Shown: positions 28,255 to 39,357 of the stretch, piece after piece
Numbering within the stretch: position 1 is the first letter of the stretch
Layout of the letters: each line of letters starts with the position of its first letter
Virus record (IMG/VR): IMGVR_UViG_3300007214_000006
DNA from: a virus
Taxonomy: Duplodnaviria > Caudoviricetes
Length of the DNA: 64,000 bases
Reading direction: 5' to 3' (one strand)
Program-made: the position numbers and the translations under genes
Notes under the pieces: generated by a model
The model's input: only the letters and a program-made list of their open reading frames with translations
Database searches by the model: none
Told to the model about the DNA's origin: nothing

Positions 28255-30573
28255 TTATGGGGTTCCACCATCTATAATAAAGTTTACTAAATATGTTGTA
28301 CTACTAACACCACTAATACTATTACTAACATAAGTAGCTTTAGAATCCCATGTTAATGAACCACTAATGCCACTCACTGTAATTAGTCTAGCAGCAAAGC
28401 TTTCATTATTATCTCTTAATACCACAGAATTACTACTGGTTGATGAACTAACTGAGTATCCATTATTTAGAGTAGTACCATCAGTTCCACTCCAAGTTGG
28501 AATATATCCACTTGTGCGACCAGCATATGCTATCATCTGAGAATTATTGCTTACATTATTTAAGCTTAAATCAGATTTAAGATTACTAATGCTTCGTGCT
28601 GTTATGGTATGTAAACCATTTGTTGGATCTGTGCCTGTAAATACTGGTATAAAAGTACTAGTGGTGCTGGTACTTGGTACGGTATATCTAATAGATTTCT
28701 TAAAATCGAAAGTACCGGACACATTACTATCAAAAACTAGATTATTTGCAAGTCCTTGCCAAGAAATGGTTGCGGTATCAGAGCCATCTTGGAATGTTAA
28801 GGTACCAGTTCCATTACTCAAAGTTTTAATGCCAACATTGGTCGTGGATCCATTATCAAATGTTTTGACACCACTAACTGTCTGAGTGCCAGTTACTATT
28901 ACCACAACATTAGTATCAACAGCCACAGTGTCACTCAGAACACTAATACCATATCCTGCACCAACATTCAAAGTTGGATTACCGCTTAAAGATAGCGCAG
29001 TGCTACCATCCAAGCCGCTACCAGGAGTTATGGTTCTATCGGATGCTAGTTTATTATTTAGTTGAGTTTGAATGCTACTACTAACACCACTCAAATGACT
29101 AAGTTCTGTTAGTGTTGGAGATCCTGTGGATACAAGTTGTTTATTACCATCAAATATTGCTATAGTACTGTTTGTGGCACCAGTAACAAAGATATTACTT
29201 CCACTAATAGCTCCAGTACTAACTAATGATCCGAGTTTGATGCGACCAAGAGTTCCAGCACCATAATCATTACCATCAATAGTGCCAGTGGTGGAACTAA
29301 GAAAAGAGAATTCGCTATTTTGAGAGTCCCATCCCATGAAACCTGTGGTTGCGGCGCCAGCACCACCCCAATACCTAAATAAAATGCCTCTGTCTAATCC
29401 ATCATTAATGATAGTTCCTGTACCGCCAAGGGTAATAACAGGATCCTCAACTTGCATAGTTGAAACATTAGCTGTTATAGTATCTCCTCCGATAACAAGA
29501 TTTCCGCCAACAGTAACATCTCCTGTTGTTGTTAAGCTCGTGATACTAAGATTCGGATTGAGACCAACAGAAGGATTGCCTAAAACTCCATCTCCATTAC
29601 CTATCCATATATTGGTACCACTAGCTCCTATGGTTCTAGCAAGTATATTGGTTCCTGATCTTGTTATCAAACCATTAGTGCTTAGATTATGAAGAGCTAA
29701 TGCCTGACCACTAAGAGATAGTGTCGCAGAATTATTTATAAAATCTAATCTAAGTCCAGTACTAGCAACCAGGGCCGTATCAACACAACTGGCCACACCA
29801 CTACAGAAATTTGTAATATCTGTATAAACATGCTGATGTCCACTTAAGCTAACAGGAAAAACATCAATTCCTACTGTGCCTCCTGATGGTCCAACAAGAG
29901 GAGTATTTGAAAAATATGTGTTACCTTTGAAAACAGTAGGATCGCCAGAATACGTAATTGCACCTCTAGCATATATATCAGAAACAAGGGTGATATCAAT
30001 AGCTCCACCAAGAACCAACTCTCCATTAACAAACAAATCATCTGTTGTTACTCTACCACTACCTCCATGGATAAATACTCCGCTATATCCTGATATAACT
30101 ATACTTTGTCCACTAGCTGGTCCACTAGTATAAAAAGTATTGCCACTCACGCTATTTGTAATGCTAGTTATACCGGTAATATTGCTTTTTAAACCTATAG
30201 TAAAACCACTACCGCTAGGATGAGTTAAGCCATTTCCTCCAACAGAATATTGACTTAATGTTATGTTGCTTCCAGAAGATAATGGGCTATGTATGGTATA
30301 CTTATTAGTTGAACTATCAAAAATAGTACCTATACCGCTACCAGGATTAAGATCAGATCCTCCTGCGTATGGTAGATTTATCCATGTAGCTAATGATCCA
30401 TCTATGTATTTACCTATTTTAAATCTACCAGTATCAATTTCGTATCCAATTTCACCCTCTTCTAGTTGTATAGAGTTAGTCCATTTGACTCCTGTTGGGG
30501 TGCTACCAATTACACCGCTAGCATAACTTGATGAATAACCTCTTCTTACTTGAATTCTAGTATTAACTGGCAT
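28255..30573 (-). CDS. Second tail fibre with an Mtd_N-type N-terminus
   Basis: RIQVRRG...LEEGEIGYEIDTGRFKIG; shares the GGNL...EDP(I/V)ITLG...DRG...FMGWD module with 24796..28203; ends IIDGGTP. Confidence 0.8.
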   Translation of the reverse strand: MPVNTRIQVRRGYSSSYASGVIGSTPTGVKWTNSIQLEEGEIGYEIDTGRFKIGKYIDGSLATWINLPYAGGSDLNPGSGIGTIFDSSTNKYTIHSPLSSGSNITLSQYSVGGNGLTHPSGSGFTIGLKSNITGITSITNSVSGNTFYTSGPASGQSIVISGYSGVFIHGGSGRVTTDDLFVNGELVLGGAIDITLVSDIYARGAITYSGDPTVFKGNTYFSNTPLVGPSGGTVGIDVFPVSLSGHQHVYTDITNFCSGVASCVDTALVASTGLRLDFINNSATLSLSGQALALHNLSTNGLITRSGTNILARTIGASGTNIWIGNGDGVLGNPSVGLNPNLSITSLTTTGDVTVGGNLVIGGDTITANVSTMQVEDPVITLGGTGTIINDGLDRGILFRYWGGAGAATTGFMGWDSQNSEFSFLSSTTGTIDGNDYGAGTLGRIKLGSLVSTGAISGSNIFVTGATNSTIAIFDGNKQLVSTGSPTLTELSHLSGVSSSIQTQLNNKLASDRTITPGSGLDGSTALSLSGNPTLNVGAGYGISVLSDTVAVDTNVVVIVTGTQTVSGVKTFDNGSTTNVGIKTLSNGTGTLTFQDGSDTATISWQGLANNLVFDSNVSGTFDFKKSIRYTVPSTSTTSTFIPVFTGTDPTNGLHTITARSISNLKSDLSLNNVSNNSQMIAYAGRTSGYIPTWSGTDGTTLNNGYSVSSSTSSNSVVLRDNNESFAARLITVSGISGSLTWDSKATYVSNSISGVSSTTYLVNFIIDGGTP

Positions 30574-30594
30574 TGTTTCCCCTTTGTTTTAAAT

Positions 30595-30951
30595 TTATGG
30601 ATTACCACAATCAAATTCATACTGATCTAAATATCCATCTAAACCCACATTGTTATTACCCCAAAGAAGACTATCAACATGCACCGCAGCATTATCTGTT
30701 AAAAATTCAGTGATATAATTTCCCAATCCGTCTATTCTGCTATAATGTAAATTACCACTAATTTTACTCATGGGTATATTATCAGGTAAGTCGCTCCAAA
30801 GAATTTTTTCTGTATTAACAATTTCTATATTAAAACTTTCTGATCTTTCTATTTCAATATTATTAATATTTTCTATAAAACTAGTACTAACATCCAAATA
30901 ATGAATTGTTGGTTCTAATATTTCCAAAGTAAAATCGCTCATGTGGCACAC
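30595..30951 (-). CDS. Hypothetical virion protein (likely start 30942, MSDF)
   Basis: ORF track; ATGA overlap with the upstream gene; ends FDCGNP like the fibre termini. Confidence 0.6.
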   Translation of the reverse strand: MCHMSDFTLEILEPTIHYLDVSTSFIENINNIEIERSESFNIEIVNTEKILWSDLPDNIPMSKISGNLHYSRIDGLGNYITEFLTDNAAVHVDSLLWGNNNVGLDGYLDQYEFDCGNP

Positions 30952-31361
30952 TCCAATCCAGAACCAGACTGACTGTATCTCTTTACCAAATTAATTGTGC
31001 CAAATAGTATTCTAACTGTATATTTACCACCTTCATTAATGGTTCCATCACCATAAAAAGGTTCATTTGATTGTAATTCAAGATCATATTTTGCAGTTGT
31101 AAAATTAAATTGATTGGTTGTATGGGAAGGCAACATAAAAGTTAACTTTCCAGCCTCATCATTAATTATAAACTTATATACACCCTGATTAGTAATATTA
31201 TCAGAGCTGAAAATTTGTAATAGTCCTGTGTTAGTTTTCCATGTTAACCTAGCGCAATAATTGGTCAAATCTATAGGTATACCAGCAGAATCTTTATAAA
31301 TAATACTGAGTTTAAAAGATGATCCTTGTTCTATAGCAAAATCATATTTGCTTGCTGCCAT
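30939..31361 (-). CDS. BppU-N-like protein
   Basis: YDFAIEQGSSF...PIDLTNYCARL...KYDLEL...RILFGTI pattern; paralogue of the N-terminus of 19363..20436. Confidence 0.6.
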   Translation of the reverse strand: MAASKYDFAIEQGSSFKLSIIYKDSAGIPIDLTNYCARLTWKTNTGLLQIFSSDNITNQGVYKFIINDEAGKLTFMLPSHTTNQFNFTTAKYDLELQSNEPFYGDGTINEGGKYTVRILFGTINLVKRYSQSGSGLECAT

Positions 31362-31407
31362 AGTAATAATGCCTTTATATTTTAAGAGTATACTATTAAA
31401 TACACCT

Positions 31408-31443
31408 AAAAAAAAAGGCCAGCCGGGTTGGCTAGCCTTTAAT
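31408..31443 (-). terminator. Rho-independent terminator after the major capsid gene
   Basis: Minus strand AAAGGCTAGCC-AACCC-GGCTGGCCTTT followed by a T run. The late motif (TACACC, 31401-31406) lies directly beyond it. Confidence 0.9.
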
Positions 31444-31470
31444 TTTTAGATATAAAGATTATCTAATAGA

Positions 31471-32481
31471 TCATAGAGATCCAAGGATTACCCTACGATT
31501 ATCTAGAACAGCAAAGCCCTGTTCAGCCCAACCGTAGAAGCCAGCTCTCTTTTGACGATGTAGTGTTTCATCCTCAAAGATCTGAACTTGTTCACGAACT
31601 GGCATAATGAAACTGTCTCTCTTGCGTAGATCAAGACCAACAACAATTTCACTATCACCCTGTGGTAGTGTGGCTTGTAGAACATTGCTATAAAATAGCT
31701 GATATTCTTGTCCAACACCCAACTCATCTCTATCGTGTAGATTAACACCGAAGACTCTATTAAGAGTGCCGTCAGCGGCTGTATAGATCTCACGACGTGT
31801 AATTTCGTCGATTTGATCGATACCCCAGTTACGGATATCTTCCATAGCTTCTGGACTAACATAAAGGTCTGTCAAGATACCACGGTTGGTACTAGCACTA
31901 TTACCGCCGCCATTTCTACGCATGACAGTCTTTAATAGACTTACTAACCTCTTGGTAAATTGATTCGCTGAAGCATCGCTATCGTATACAACGATATTAC
32001 GATCAACAGCAGCAGCAAGAATAGTGTGCCAACCGTCATCATTCATTTTCTTAACAAATGAACCTTCTAGCACTTCCATGGCACGACCAACAACATCCCA
32101 TCGAGCATCACGAGCATACTTTAGTAAGTAGTCGATTGATGATCCTATGTCATAGGTTGGAACCATAACATAGTCACTCTCAATATGCTTCTCAGGAATA
32201 TAGCCGTGATTAGGAATCGTATAGGCTACAAAGTCTTTTTCTGTTCCAGGAGCTAGGAAATCTAGTGGAAACTCAGGAGTAGCACCTTGTTGAAGCTGAA
32301 TAGGCTCAAAGATGCCATCTAGAATATCACCACTAAGAAGACCTTTTCTCAATGGAAGCTCTAGCGCTTTTGCAAATTCTGCATTGGCAGCAAGAGCAAC
32401 TTCTCTGTTTTGCGAGCCAGAACGAACAAGAAGTTCTGTTAATTCTGGCGAAGGCTGAAATCTTTCTGTTTTTGCTGACAT
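31471..32481 (-). CDS. Major capsid protein (HK97 fold)
   Basis: 336 aa after protease and decoration genes and followed by a strong terminator; LYVSPEAMEDIR, GFYGWAEQGFAVLD. Confidence 0.85.
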   Translation of the reverse strand: MSAKTERFQPSPELTELLVRSGSQNREVALAANAEFAKALELPLRKGLLSGDILDGIFEPIQLQQGATPEFPLDFLAPGTEKDFVAYTIPNHGYIPEKHIESDYVMVPTYDIGSSIDYLLKYARDARWDVVGRAMEVLEGSFVKKMNDDGWHTILAAAVDRNIVVYDSDASANQFTKRLVSLLKTVMRRNGGGNSASTNRGILTDLYVSPEAMEDIRNWGIDQIDEITRREIYTAADGTLNRVFGVNLHDRDELGVGQEYQLFYSNVLQATLPQGDSEIVVGLDLRKRDSFIMPVREQVQIFEDETLHRQKRAGFYGWAEQGFAVLDNRRVILGSL

Positions 32482-32495
32482 TTTTTTCTCCCTTA

Positions 32496-32954
32496 TCAGG
32501 TGATATTGATATCTACTTTGACATAACCATCAGAATCTTTGCCGCCAAGGAATCTTCCAACTTTGGTGCTATCTGTACTAACAGTTGTTAACTTGCCTGT
32601 GTTATCATAATAAGCATCAGCACCAGCTGTTGGGGATACTCCAGTGGCAACTACGTTAGTAGTAACTTGACCCTGACGTAGTAGAGTAACTTTACCACCA
32701 ACTTGCATTTCGTCACGGAACCAATTAATGTGTTGTCTTGTTAGATCAAGATTAACAACATCGTTCAGTAATAGACCAGCTGGTTTTGTTCCAGCTAGAA
32801 CTCCGGTTGGATATGTTACAACAGCATTAGCATCATCCATTGAAACACCAGATCCACTGGTTAGATGAACGACCACGCCGCCTCTTTCAGCAACTGTGTT
32901 CATGAAGTATGAAATGTCTGTGTAAGCTTCGATACGATCTGGTTTAAGAGCCAT
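32496..32954 (-). CDS. Capsid decoration/cement protein
   Basis: 152 aa, beta-rich, between scaffold and capsid; GKVTLLRQGQVTTN...GRFLGGKDSDGYVKVDINI. Confidence 0.7.
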   Translation of the reverse strand: MALKPDRIEAYTDISYFMNTVAERGGVVVHLTSGSGVSMDDANAVVTYPTGVLAGTKPAGLLLNDVVNLDLTRQHINWFRDEMQVGGKVTLLRQGQVTTNVVATGVSPTAGADAYYDNTGKLTTVSTDSTKVGRFLGGKDSDGYVKVDINIT

Positions 32955-32968
32955 TTTATTCTCCCTTA

Positions 32969-34498
32969 TTAGAGTTTTTTACCTAATCTGCTGGAAACAA
33001 ATTCTACTAATGCTGCTCTGGTGGTTTCGGCAGAATCATCTACTTCTCCACCAACACCAAGATTAACTTGTTCTTCGACTTCAACATTTTCTAAAGCGGC
33101 TTCGGTTATAACTTCAGTTTTTTTGACCTCTTCAGTAATTTCTTCTGATTTGGTCTTCATATCTTCTGTTTTAACCTTCTTTTTCATAACAGCAGCTAAT
33201 GATGTGACTGCTTCAAAAGTTTCGTCGTCTAAAGATTCAAGTTTGTCTACTGTGGCTTGAGCTTCTTCATTGTCTAAGCCATTTTCTATAAGAGCAGCCA
33301 TTCTTTTCATCTTCTTTTCTTTTTTCATCATTTCTTCTTCTTTACCCTTGTATGCTGCGATAACTTCTAAAGCAGCATCGAGTTCAGACTTGGTTTTTTT
33401 ATATTCTTCCATTTTTTCTTTCATGTCTTCGTCAGCTTTTTTAGCAGCTAATTCTTTTTCAGAATTAAGTAATTCTAGCGCTGCTGTTATCTCAGCTATC
33501 TTAGCTTCATGGTTTTTTATTGTTTCATTATTTGCCTTGATAACGTCTTCTAGAGATGCGATTGTGTCTGAGGCTGATTGAGCTGTTTTAGCCTCCATAG
33601 CTTCTATCTTGGATTTGATTTCGGCTACATCTTTTATTACTGGATCTAAATCTAAACTCATGATATTGTTCTCCATGCTATTGGTTAACTGACTATCAGA
33701 TACACCTGATAATGAAAAATCTTCATTTTTTTCGAGCAAAATATTTTCTAATTGTGCGGAGGATGACTTATTGGTGAAAATAATGCTATCTGGATTAGCT
33801 GGTTTATTTACAAATCCTTTGCCAGAAAACGTTATATTCCTCAATACTCTACCAATTTTATAGTCTTGATGTTCTCCTAAGCCACCGTATGCTCTTAAAT
33901 ATTTTGTTAAATATGCTGTTTCATTGTTTCTGGCTAAGATTTTATATTGATTTGTACTTTTATTTAATAACCCATAATCAAACCCTTTGAATAAGCATTC
34001 CATACTAACATATTTTTGGCCACTTTCAATTTCTGCTATTAATTTTTCTGATCGTTCTCTTAATTCTGGACTAGAAAAAGCTTTATATATTACTGATCCA
34101 GTTAATATATGATATTTATCTGGTAAATTTTCTAAGGGAGTATTCGAGTCAATCAAAATGCCATCTTCTGTGATTGGATAGTTAGAAACAATGTGGCCAA
34201 TTATTGTGCTTTCATCGTGCTCCAAATTAGTGGGTTTATCTTCTGGGGTGTTTTTAGCTAGCCAAATTTCTGCTTTATCAAATATATCATCGTTTTTATT
34301 CCAGCTAGAAGTAACTAAAATAGATTGAACATAATATAGATCTTGATCATCTAACGAAGCTATACTTTTTATATGCTTCATAGTATTTGTTAAATTATTA
34401 TCAGAACAAGGTTCTGCAATAGCAGCATAAGATATTGATGCAGAGGATCTTATAAGATTTTCAAGACCATCATCATATTCTTGTTGAAATATATGCAT
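32969..34498 (-). CDS. Prohead protease fused to an acidic coiled-coil scaffold
   Basis: N-terminal NKNDDIF...KPTNLEHD...IIGH...VSMEC...FSGKGFVNKPANPDS; C-terminal E/K-rich coiled coil; position between portal and capsid. Confidence 0.8.
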   Translation of the reverse strand: MHIFQQEYDDGLENLIRSSASISYAAIAEPCSDNNLTNTMKHIKSIASLDDQDLYYVQSILVTSSWNKNDDIFDKAEIWLAKNTPEDKPTNLEHDESTIIGHIVSNYPITEDGILIDSNTPLENLPDKYHILTGSVIYKAFSSPELRERSEKLIAEIESGQKYVSMECLFKGFDYGLLNKSTNQYKILARNNETAYLTKYLRAYGGLGEHQDYKIGRVLRNITFSGKGFVNKPANPDSIIFTNKSSSAQLENILLEKNEDFSLSGVSDSQLTNSMENNIMSLDLDPVIKDVAEIKSKIEAMEAKTAQSASDTIASLEDVIKANNETIKNHEAKIAEITAALELLNSEKELAAKKADEDMKEKMEEYKKTKSELDAALEVIAAYKGKEEEMMKKEKKMKRMAALIENGLDNEEAQATVDKLESLDDETFEAVTSLAAVMKKKVKTEDMKTKSEEITEEVKKTEVITEAALENVEVEEQVNLGVGGEVDDSAETTRAALVEFVSSRLGKKL

Positions 34499-34509
34499 TA
34501 TATTAACTC

Positions 34510-36711
34510 CTAGATATTATTGTACACCATACAATAATAAGATATTTTAGCCTGTTTTTGCTGATCTGATGATAAAGGTTCTGACTGTTCTGATGATACC
34601 TGTTTGATCCATTTTTGATAATTGTTATATATAATAGAATTTTTATGAGAATCGATGTCTGCTATATTTTTGTTTAACATCAAATTGATATTAGAGTTTG
34701 GTTCAAGAGATAGGAATAATTTTGTCTTAAATTTTTCTATTTCTTTCGTTTCTTCGGCCGATAAACTTCTTAAGTCTTTTTTGCCATAAAAATCTAACAT
34801 TATAGGGTTAACTATTTGATTGATCTGATCTTGAGCTTTTATAGCCCATATCATAATAGAGGCACCGGTTTGCGGGGAAAAAGTCTTAGATTTTCTTTGT
34901 GTTTGATCCTTAGAGTTTTTTGGGCGACCTTGTTGTGGCTGACCAGATAACGATTCTGGCGAATCGTTTGCCAACTTAGTTGGCTTAGAGGGCAATCCTG
35001 GTATTTGTGGAGTTTTTAATTCTATCGCATTTTTTTCTCCACTCTTTTTCTTTTCTAATTCCAAACCTATTTGGCTAGGAGAAACAATACCTGTTTGTAA
35101 TGCAATTTTTCTTAATGAATTCTCAAATTCTGGATCAAACCATGGGCCAGCTTTTTGAACCATACGATTACTATCTCTTTCTCTATTTTCTCTATTAAGT
35201 CTATTCTTTTCTATATCGGGATCGAATCCAAATCTTGTTTGTAATAATTCATCGCTAATTAGATTTCTATCTGCTAGTTGTACTAATAATGCTTTTTCTG
35301 AATCTTCATTACTCAAGTCCATTCTATCAAACTCTATTTTAGCTGGGTATTTAAAACCCATAGCTTTTTGTACTAAGGCTATTTCTTGTTCCCAAAATTC
35401 TACTAGTACATCTCTACCATATTGTAATCTTTGTGTTAAAGTTTTTAGACTTATGAAATTATTTGTTGTTCCAGCTGCTCCAAAGGTGCCTGTTAGTGTT
35501 GGAGGAATTCCTAATCCAGCATAAACAGCATTAAGATGTGGTACATATTTTCCTTCTCCTAAAAAGTTATGTACATTAGTATTGCTTTCTATTAATTCTA
35601 TATCTGGACCCCATATTAGGTCCATTGTTCCTCCGCCAACATTGTTACCTAGAATACTAGCTAATTTGGATGTTGCTGCTTTTGTGGGGGCTATTTTGTG
35701 TTCTAAATTTCCAAGCTTAAAAATTCTTATATTACTAATAGCCCCATCTAATGCTGACATATCTGCTAATTTTAATTTTTCTATTACGGCAATATCATCC
35801 ATAATAGCATATATCATTGGATAGGCCCAGCTTTGCCAATCATCTTTTTTGTAATGAAACACTAAAGTTTTGTCAGAATCTAATGGATATCCTTTTTTAA
35901 TTTTAGCTGCTTCTATTATTTGTGATGGTAAATTTGCTACTACCTTTTTTTCTGCCTCTGTTTTAGGATTATTAATAATTTTTCTCAATGAGGGAGGAAC
36001 CTGTAATTCGTAGGTCTTGTTGGCAACAAAAGAAGACAAAGCCCCTGCTGTAACATCAACAAATACTGGATCTATAAAAGTATATTTCCAAGGTATTTCT
36101 CTCTTTTCAATGTTTGTCTCGTCAGTGTCATTAATAACAAGATCTGGTGATCCTAAACTCTTATATAATTTATCTGTAATTTTTAGATTAATTTTTGCTG
36201 TTCTGCGATCTATAACTATATTCCCACTTTTATATAGATTATTTAAAAATCTTTCGCTCCTATCTTTACCGTTAATCTTTTTGAACCATCTTCTATAAAA
36301 TCTTTCTATTCTTTTATTTCTATGTACTAATCTAATGCCTTGACTAGCAAAATCTCCCATAAGATCGACAACGTTTTTAACCAGACCAACTCTTTGATAT
36401 ATTTCTTCTGCTTTTTTTAAAATTAATTTTATTTTTATAGGAGGAGCTTCTTCTGGTCTAAAATTATAGTAATCTTGTTTTGTTAATCCTGGGCGACCTC
36501 CTGTTGGACCGTCTAGATTAGAAAAATCCATACGATATCTACCATACGAAGCAATAGATTTGTCTATTAGCGTAAATTCATCCAAAGAGGCCCCAGAATT
36601 TCTTAAAGCCTCTTTTTTGCTTTCTAGATCATCTCCCCATGTGATATAGGCTTCTTGTGGGATAACGGAAGCATTATTTATAATATCATCTTTAGTTTTT
36701 CTTTTAGCCAT
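34510..36711 (-). CDS. Portal protein
   Basis: 733 aa between TerL and the protease; helical core (VKNVVDLMGDF, RIFKLG, GIPPTLTG, IEFDRMDL). Confidence 0.8.
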   Translation of the reverse strand: MAKRKTKDDIINNASVIPQEAYITWGDDLESKKEALRNSGASLDEFTLIDKSIASYGRYRMDFSNLDGPTGGRPGLTKQDYYNFRPEEAPPIKIKLILKKAEEIYQRVGLVKNVVDLMGDFASQGIRLVHRNKRIERFYRRWFKKINGKDRSERFLNNLYKSGNIVIDRRTAKINLKITDKLYKSLGSPDLVINDTDETNIEKREIPWKYTFIDPVFVDVTAGALSSFVANKTYELQVPPSLRKIINNPKTEAEKKVVANLPSQIIEAAKIKKGYPLDSDKTLVFHYKKDDWQSWAYPMIYAIMDDIAVIEKLKLADMSALDGAISNIRIFKLGNLEHKIAPTKAATSKLASILGNNVGGGTMDLIWGPDIELIESNTNVHNFLGEGKYVPHLNAVYAGLGIPPTLTGTFGAAGTTNNFISLKTLTQRLQYGRDVLVEFWEQEIALVQKAMGFKYPAKIEFDRMDLSNEDSEKALLVQLADRNLISDELLQTRFGFDPDIEKNRLNRENRERDSNRMVQKAGPWFDPEFENSLRKIALQTGIVSPSQIGLELEKKKSGEKNAIELKTPQIPGLPSKPTKLANDSPESLSGQPQQGRPKNSKDQTQRKSKTFSPQTGASIMIWAIKAQDQINQIVNPIMLDFYGKKDLRSLSAEETKEIEKFKTKLFLSLEPNSNINLMLNKNIADIDSHKNSIIYNNYQKWIKQVSSEQSEPLSSDQQKQAKISYYCMVYNNI

Positions 36712-36767
36712 AATTTTTGATTATATCTTAATGAAATTGTAATTTGATTATATTTATATTATACACT

Positions 36768-38795
36768 TTATCTATAAATTCCGCTATATATATCATCATT
36801 TGCTCCGCCAACAAACCAATCAGGACCCTTATACATATTCCCATCGGTTTTATAGGAATCTTTTGCATTGGCTCCTATAACATCATAATCAACTGATTTA
36901 AAAGACCTATTTATTTGTCTAGCTAACATATTAGCTATTAATAAAGAGCTATATCTATCTTTTCTCATTCTTCCTCTTTTGCCTCCAGGCAGTTTAGTTT
37001 CTGGAGTATCCCATCTATCTCTTGCGTTAGGCCCAGTGCTGGTTTGAGTCATTACAATAGTTGTTAATTCATTTTTTAATTCTTCTATTTCTAATATACA
37101 CTCACTTAAACTATCATATAATGGACTAAGATCATCAGCAAATATATCTTTGCCATCACTCTCCATAGCTAAACCTAGAGTTAAGTTATCAAAAGCTGGA
37201 AATAATAATACTTTATCTTCTAAGTCTTTACGTAATCCATGATTAGCCTGACTAGTCCATTCTGCTTTGGCAAATTGTACTAATTCGAGAATATGTAATC
37301 CTTGTTGATTGTCTGTATCCTTAGTTTTGTCTAAGTCTATAATTGGCCATATTAATTGTTCGCCTTGTTCCAGTTTTCCTGGATCATGTAAAGCTTCTTC
37401 TATAGCTACTCCACCTCCTTGTGCGTCCATACCTATCTTGATTGGATTAAAAGTCTTCATCAAATTTCTAATTTTTCTGGCACAAAATCCATAAAAATCA
37501 TGATCTTCTACTAATCCTTTTTTGAGTCTTTCTTTAAAATTATTGCGATTTGTAGTCCAGCAATATACTATTTTATTATAATCTGCATTAACTTCAATAA
37601 TTACGATACTAAAATTATCTTGTTCACTTGCTGGGTCTATCCCATATACATATTGTTTTTTATGGTCTCCGCGTACCATGGCTTCGAATATTAATGGTTT
37701 ATCGTTAACTATGATATTTGTATTTGAAACTACACAGCTTTCTATTAAACTTCTACGAAAGAAACCCTCACTATCTTTTACAAAACACGCAGCATATTCC
37801 ATATTATATATGCCAGTATGTATTGTAGCTTTCGCTCTACTAACTTGCTTATCATCCATAAATCCTTTTGGAATTAATTCGTATGGTATTCTAATAATAC
37901 TATAGTCTTTCCAATTAAAATTATTCGGAACATCACCTTTAAAAATATCTTGAAGTTTTTGCTGGTCTCCTTTACTTTCTATAATAGCTTTGTATCTTTT
38001 CCAATAACTAGCAAAATGTTTAAAATCATAATCAGCCGTACCACTAATGATAGCTTGATTTCCCATCTTGGTATTTAATACTTCTAAATCATTATTCCAT
38101 ATTCCAGCTTTAATCATAGCTTGTTTACGAGCTTCTTCCTTTACGTTTTGTATAGGACTAGCGCTAACCGCAGCGAAACCAGCAACAACAGTCTCATAAA
38201 TATCCGGACTAATACTAGCAAACTCGTCCGCAATAATAATATGTGCTCTTAATCCTCTAATTTTGCTGCCATCACCCATAGGGATAGCTATGGTCCAACT
38301 GTCTCCAAGTCTCATTGTGCATCTATCAACATCTCTTCTAGGACCATCATCATTACTGCTAAAAATACTTCTCAAAATTGGACTATTTCTCCAAATAGTT
38401 TCCATATATTCAAAAATAATTTTACTTTGTCTAAATGCTGCTCCCACAACAACAATTTTTGTTCCTGGGAAAAAAGCACATTTTAAAACAGAATATAGGG
38501 CTAATAAAAAACTTTTTCCCCAACCACGACTAGCTACATACATTGGAAATGGTCGTATCCAAAATTCTTGAATAATAGCAATCTGTATAGGATGAAGTTC
38601 TATATTAAATAGTAATTTACAAGTTGTTCCTATATACTTAGGATTTCTTAAAAGTTTTATTAGATGTAAATCTGGATTTTCTATATCCTCTTCTTGTCTG
38701 CGTATCATCGGATTATCAATGATACTCAAAGAAGATAAATCTCCTAATCCAAGCCAAGCGTCATCAAAATTGCTTAACAAATCATGATTGGGCAT
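36768..38795 (-). CDS. terL: Terminase large subunit
   Basis: Walker A ASRGWGKS, Walker B IIADEF, RNase H-like YGIDPASEQD and IGMDAQGGG. Confidence 0.93.
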   Translation of the reverse strand: MPNHDLLSNFDDAWLGLGDLSSLSIIDNPMIRRQEEDIENPDLHLIKLLRNPKYIGTTCKLLFNIELHPIQIAIIQEFWIRPFPMYVASRGWGKSFLLALYSVLKCAFFPGTKIVVVGAAFRQSKIIFEYMETIWRNSPILRSIFSSNDDGPRRDVDRCTMRLGDSWTIAIPMGDGSKIRGLRAHIIIADEFASISPDIYETVVAGFAAVSASPIQNVKEEARKQAMIKAGIWNNDLEVLNTKMGNQAIISGTADYDFKHFASYWKRYKAIIESKGDQQKLQDIFKGDVPNNFNWKDYSIIRIPYELIPKGFMDDKQVSRAKATIHTGIYNMEYAACFVKDSEGFFRRSLIESCVVSNTNIIVNDKPLIFEAMVRGDHKKQYVYGIDPASEQDNFSIVIIEVNADYNKIVYCWTTNRNNFKERLKKGLVEDHDFYGFCARKIRNLMKTFNPIKIGMDAQGGGVAIEEALHDPGKLEQGEQLIWPIIDLDKTKDTDNQQGLHILELVQFAKAEWTSQANHGLRKDLEDKVLLFPAFDNLTLGLAMESDGKDIFADDLSPLYDSLSECILEIEELKNELTTIVMTQTSTGPNARDRWDTPETKLPGGKRGRMRKDRYSSLLIANMLARQINRSFKSVDYDVIGANAKDSYKTDGNMYKGPDWFVGGANDDIYSGIYR

Positions 38796-39357
38796 TTTTT
38801 GATTTTAATCTACGAGAAGTTTTTATCGCTCTTGAAACTATCATTTTTGCTACAGTTTCTATGAAAGGAAGTTTTCTTTTTTCGCTTTCTTGTTTTAACC
38901 ATCCAAGAATAGTAGTCATATTTTGTTCGCACCAATCATTGCCTTTTTCATTCATTTCTATAGCATGTCGTTTGCAGCTACAAGTTGGTGTGGTTTTAAT
39001 ACCCATAGCAGCTATCATACCAGACAATATGCTTCCCGGACCATCTGGATCAGATTCTAAAGTTTTGGGAAATAATGATTGTAGATATGTTTGTGGATCA
39101 TCACCTAGTTTGCTCAATAATATAGATTCTAGATTGTCTATTGTTAAATTTAGAACATTTGTATGATTTTGTAATCCATCGACTAACATGATAGGAGAAG
39201 GAATTCCGACAATCTGTGCATACATAGTATTATTCGTGGGTCTAATTATGTATGTAACATCTAATTCGGAATATGTAGTTGGTTCAGGATGTACTATTTT
39301 ACCATTAGTGTGAGTATATGGTGGTTGTTTGATGGTGACTTCTTTATTTAGTTTCAT
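38782..39357 (-). CDS. Hypothetical protein with a C-terminal CSC...WC helical domain
   Basis: ORF track; overlaps both neighbours. Confidence 0.65.
   Translation of the reverse strand: MKLNKEVTIKQPPYTHTNGKIVHPEPTTYSELDVTYIIRPTNNTMYAQIVGIPSPIMLVDGLQNHTNVLNLTIDNLESILLSKLGDDPQTYLQSLFPKTLESDPDGPGSILSGMIAAMGIKTTPTCSCKRHAIEMNEKGNDWCEQNMTTILGWLKQESEKRKLPFIETVAKMIVSRAIKTSRRLKSKNAQS

Noticed and set aside
31471-38795. Inteins or group I introns in the capsid, portal or terminase genes
   Set aside because: The frames are continuous with normal lengths, and I see no intein splice motifs or LAGLIDADG motifs.
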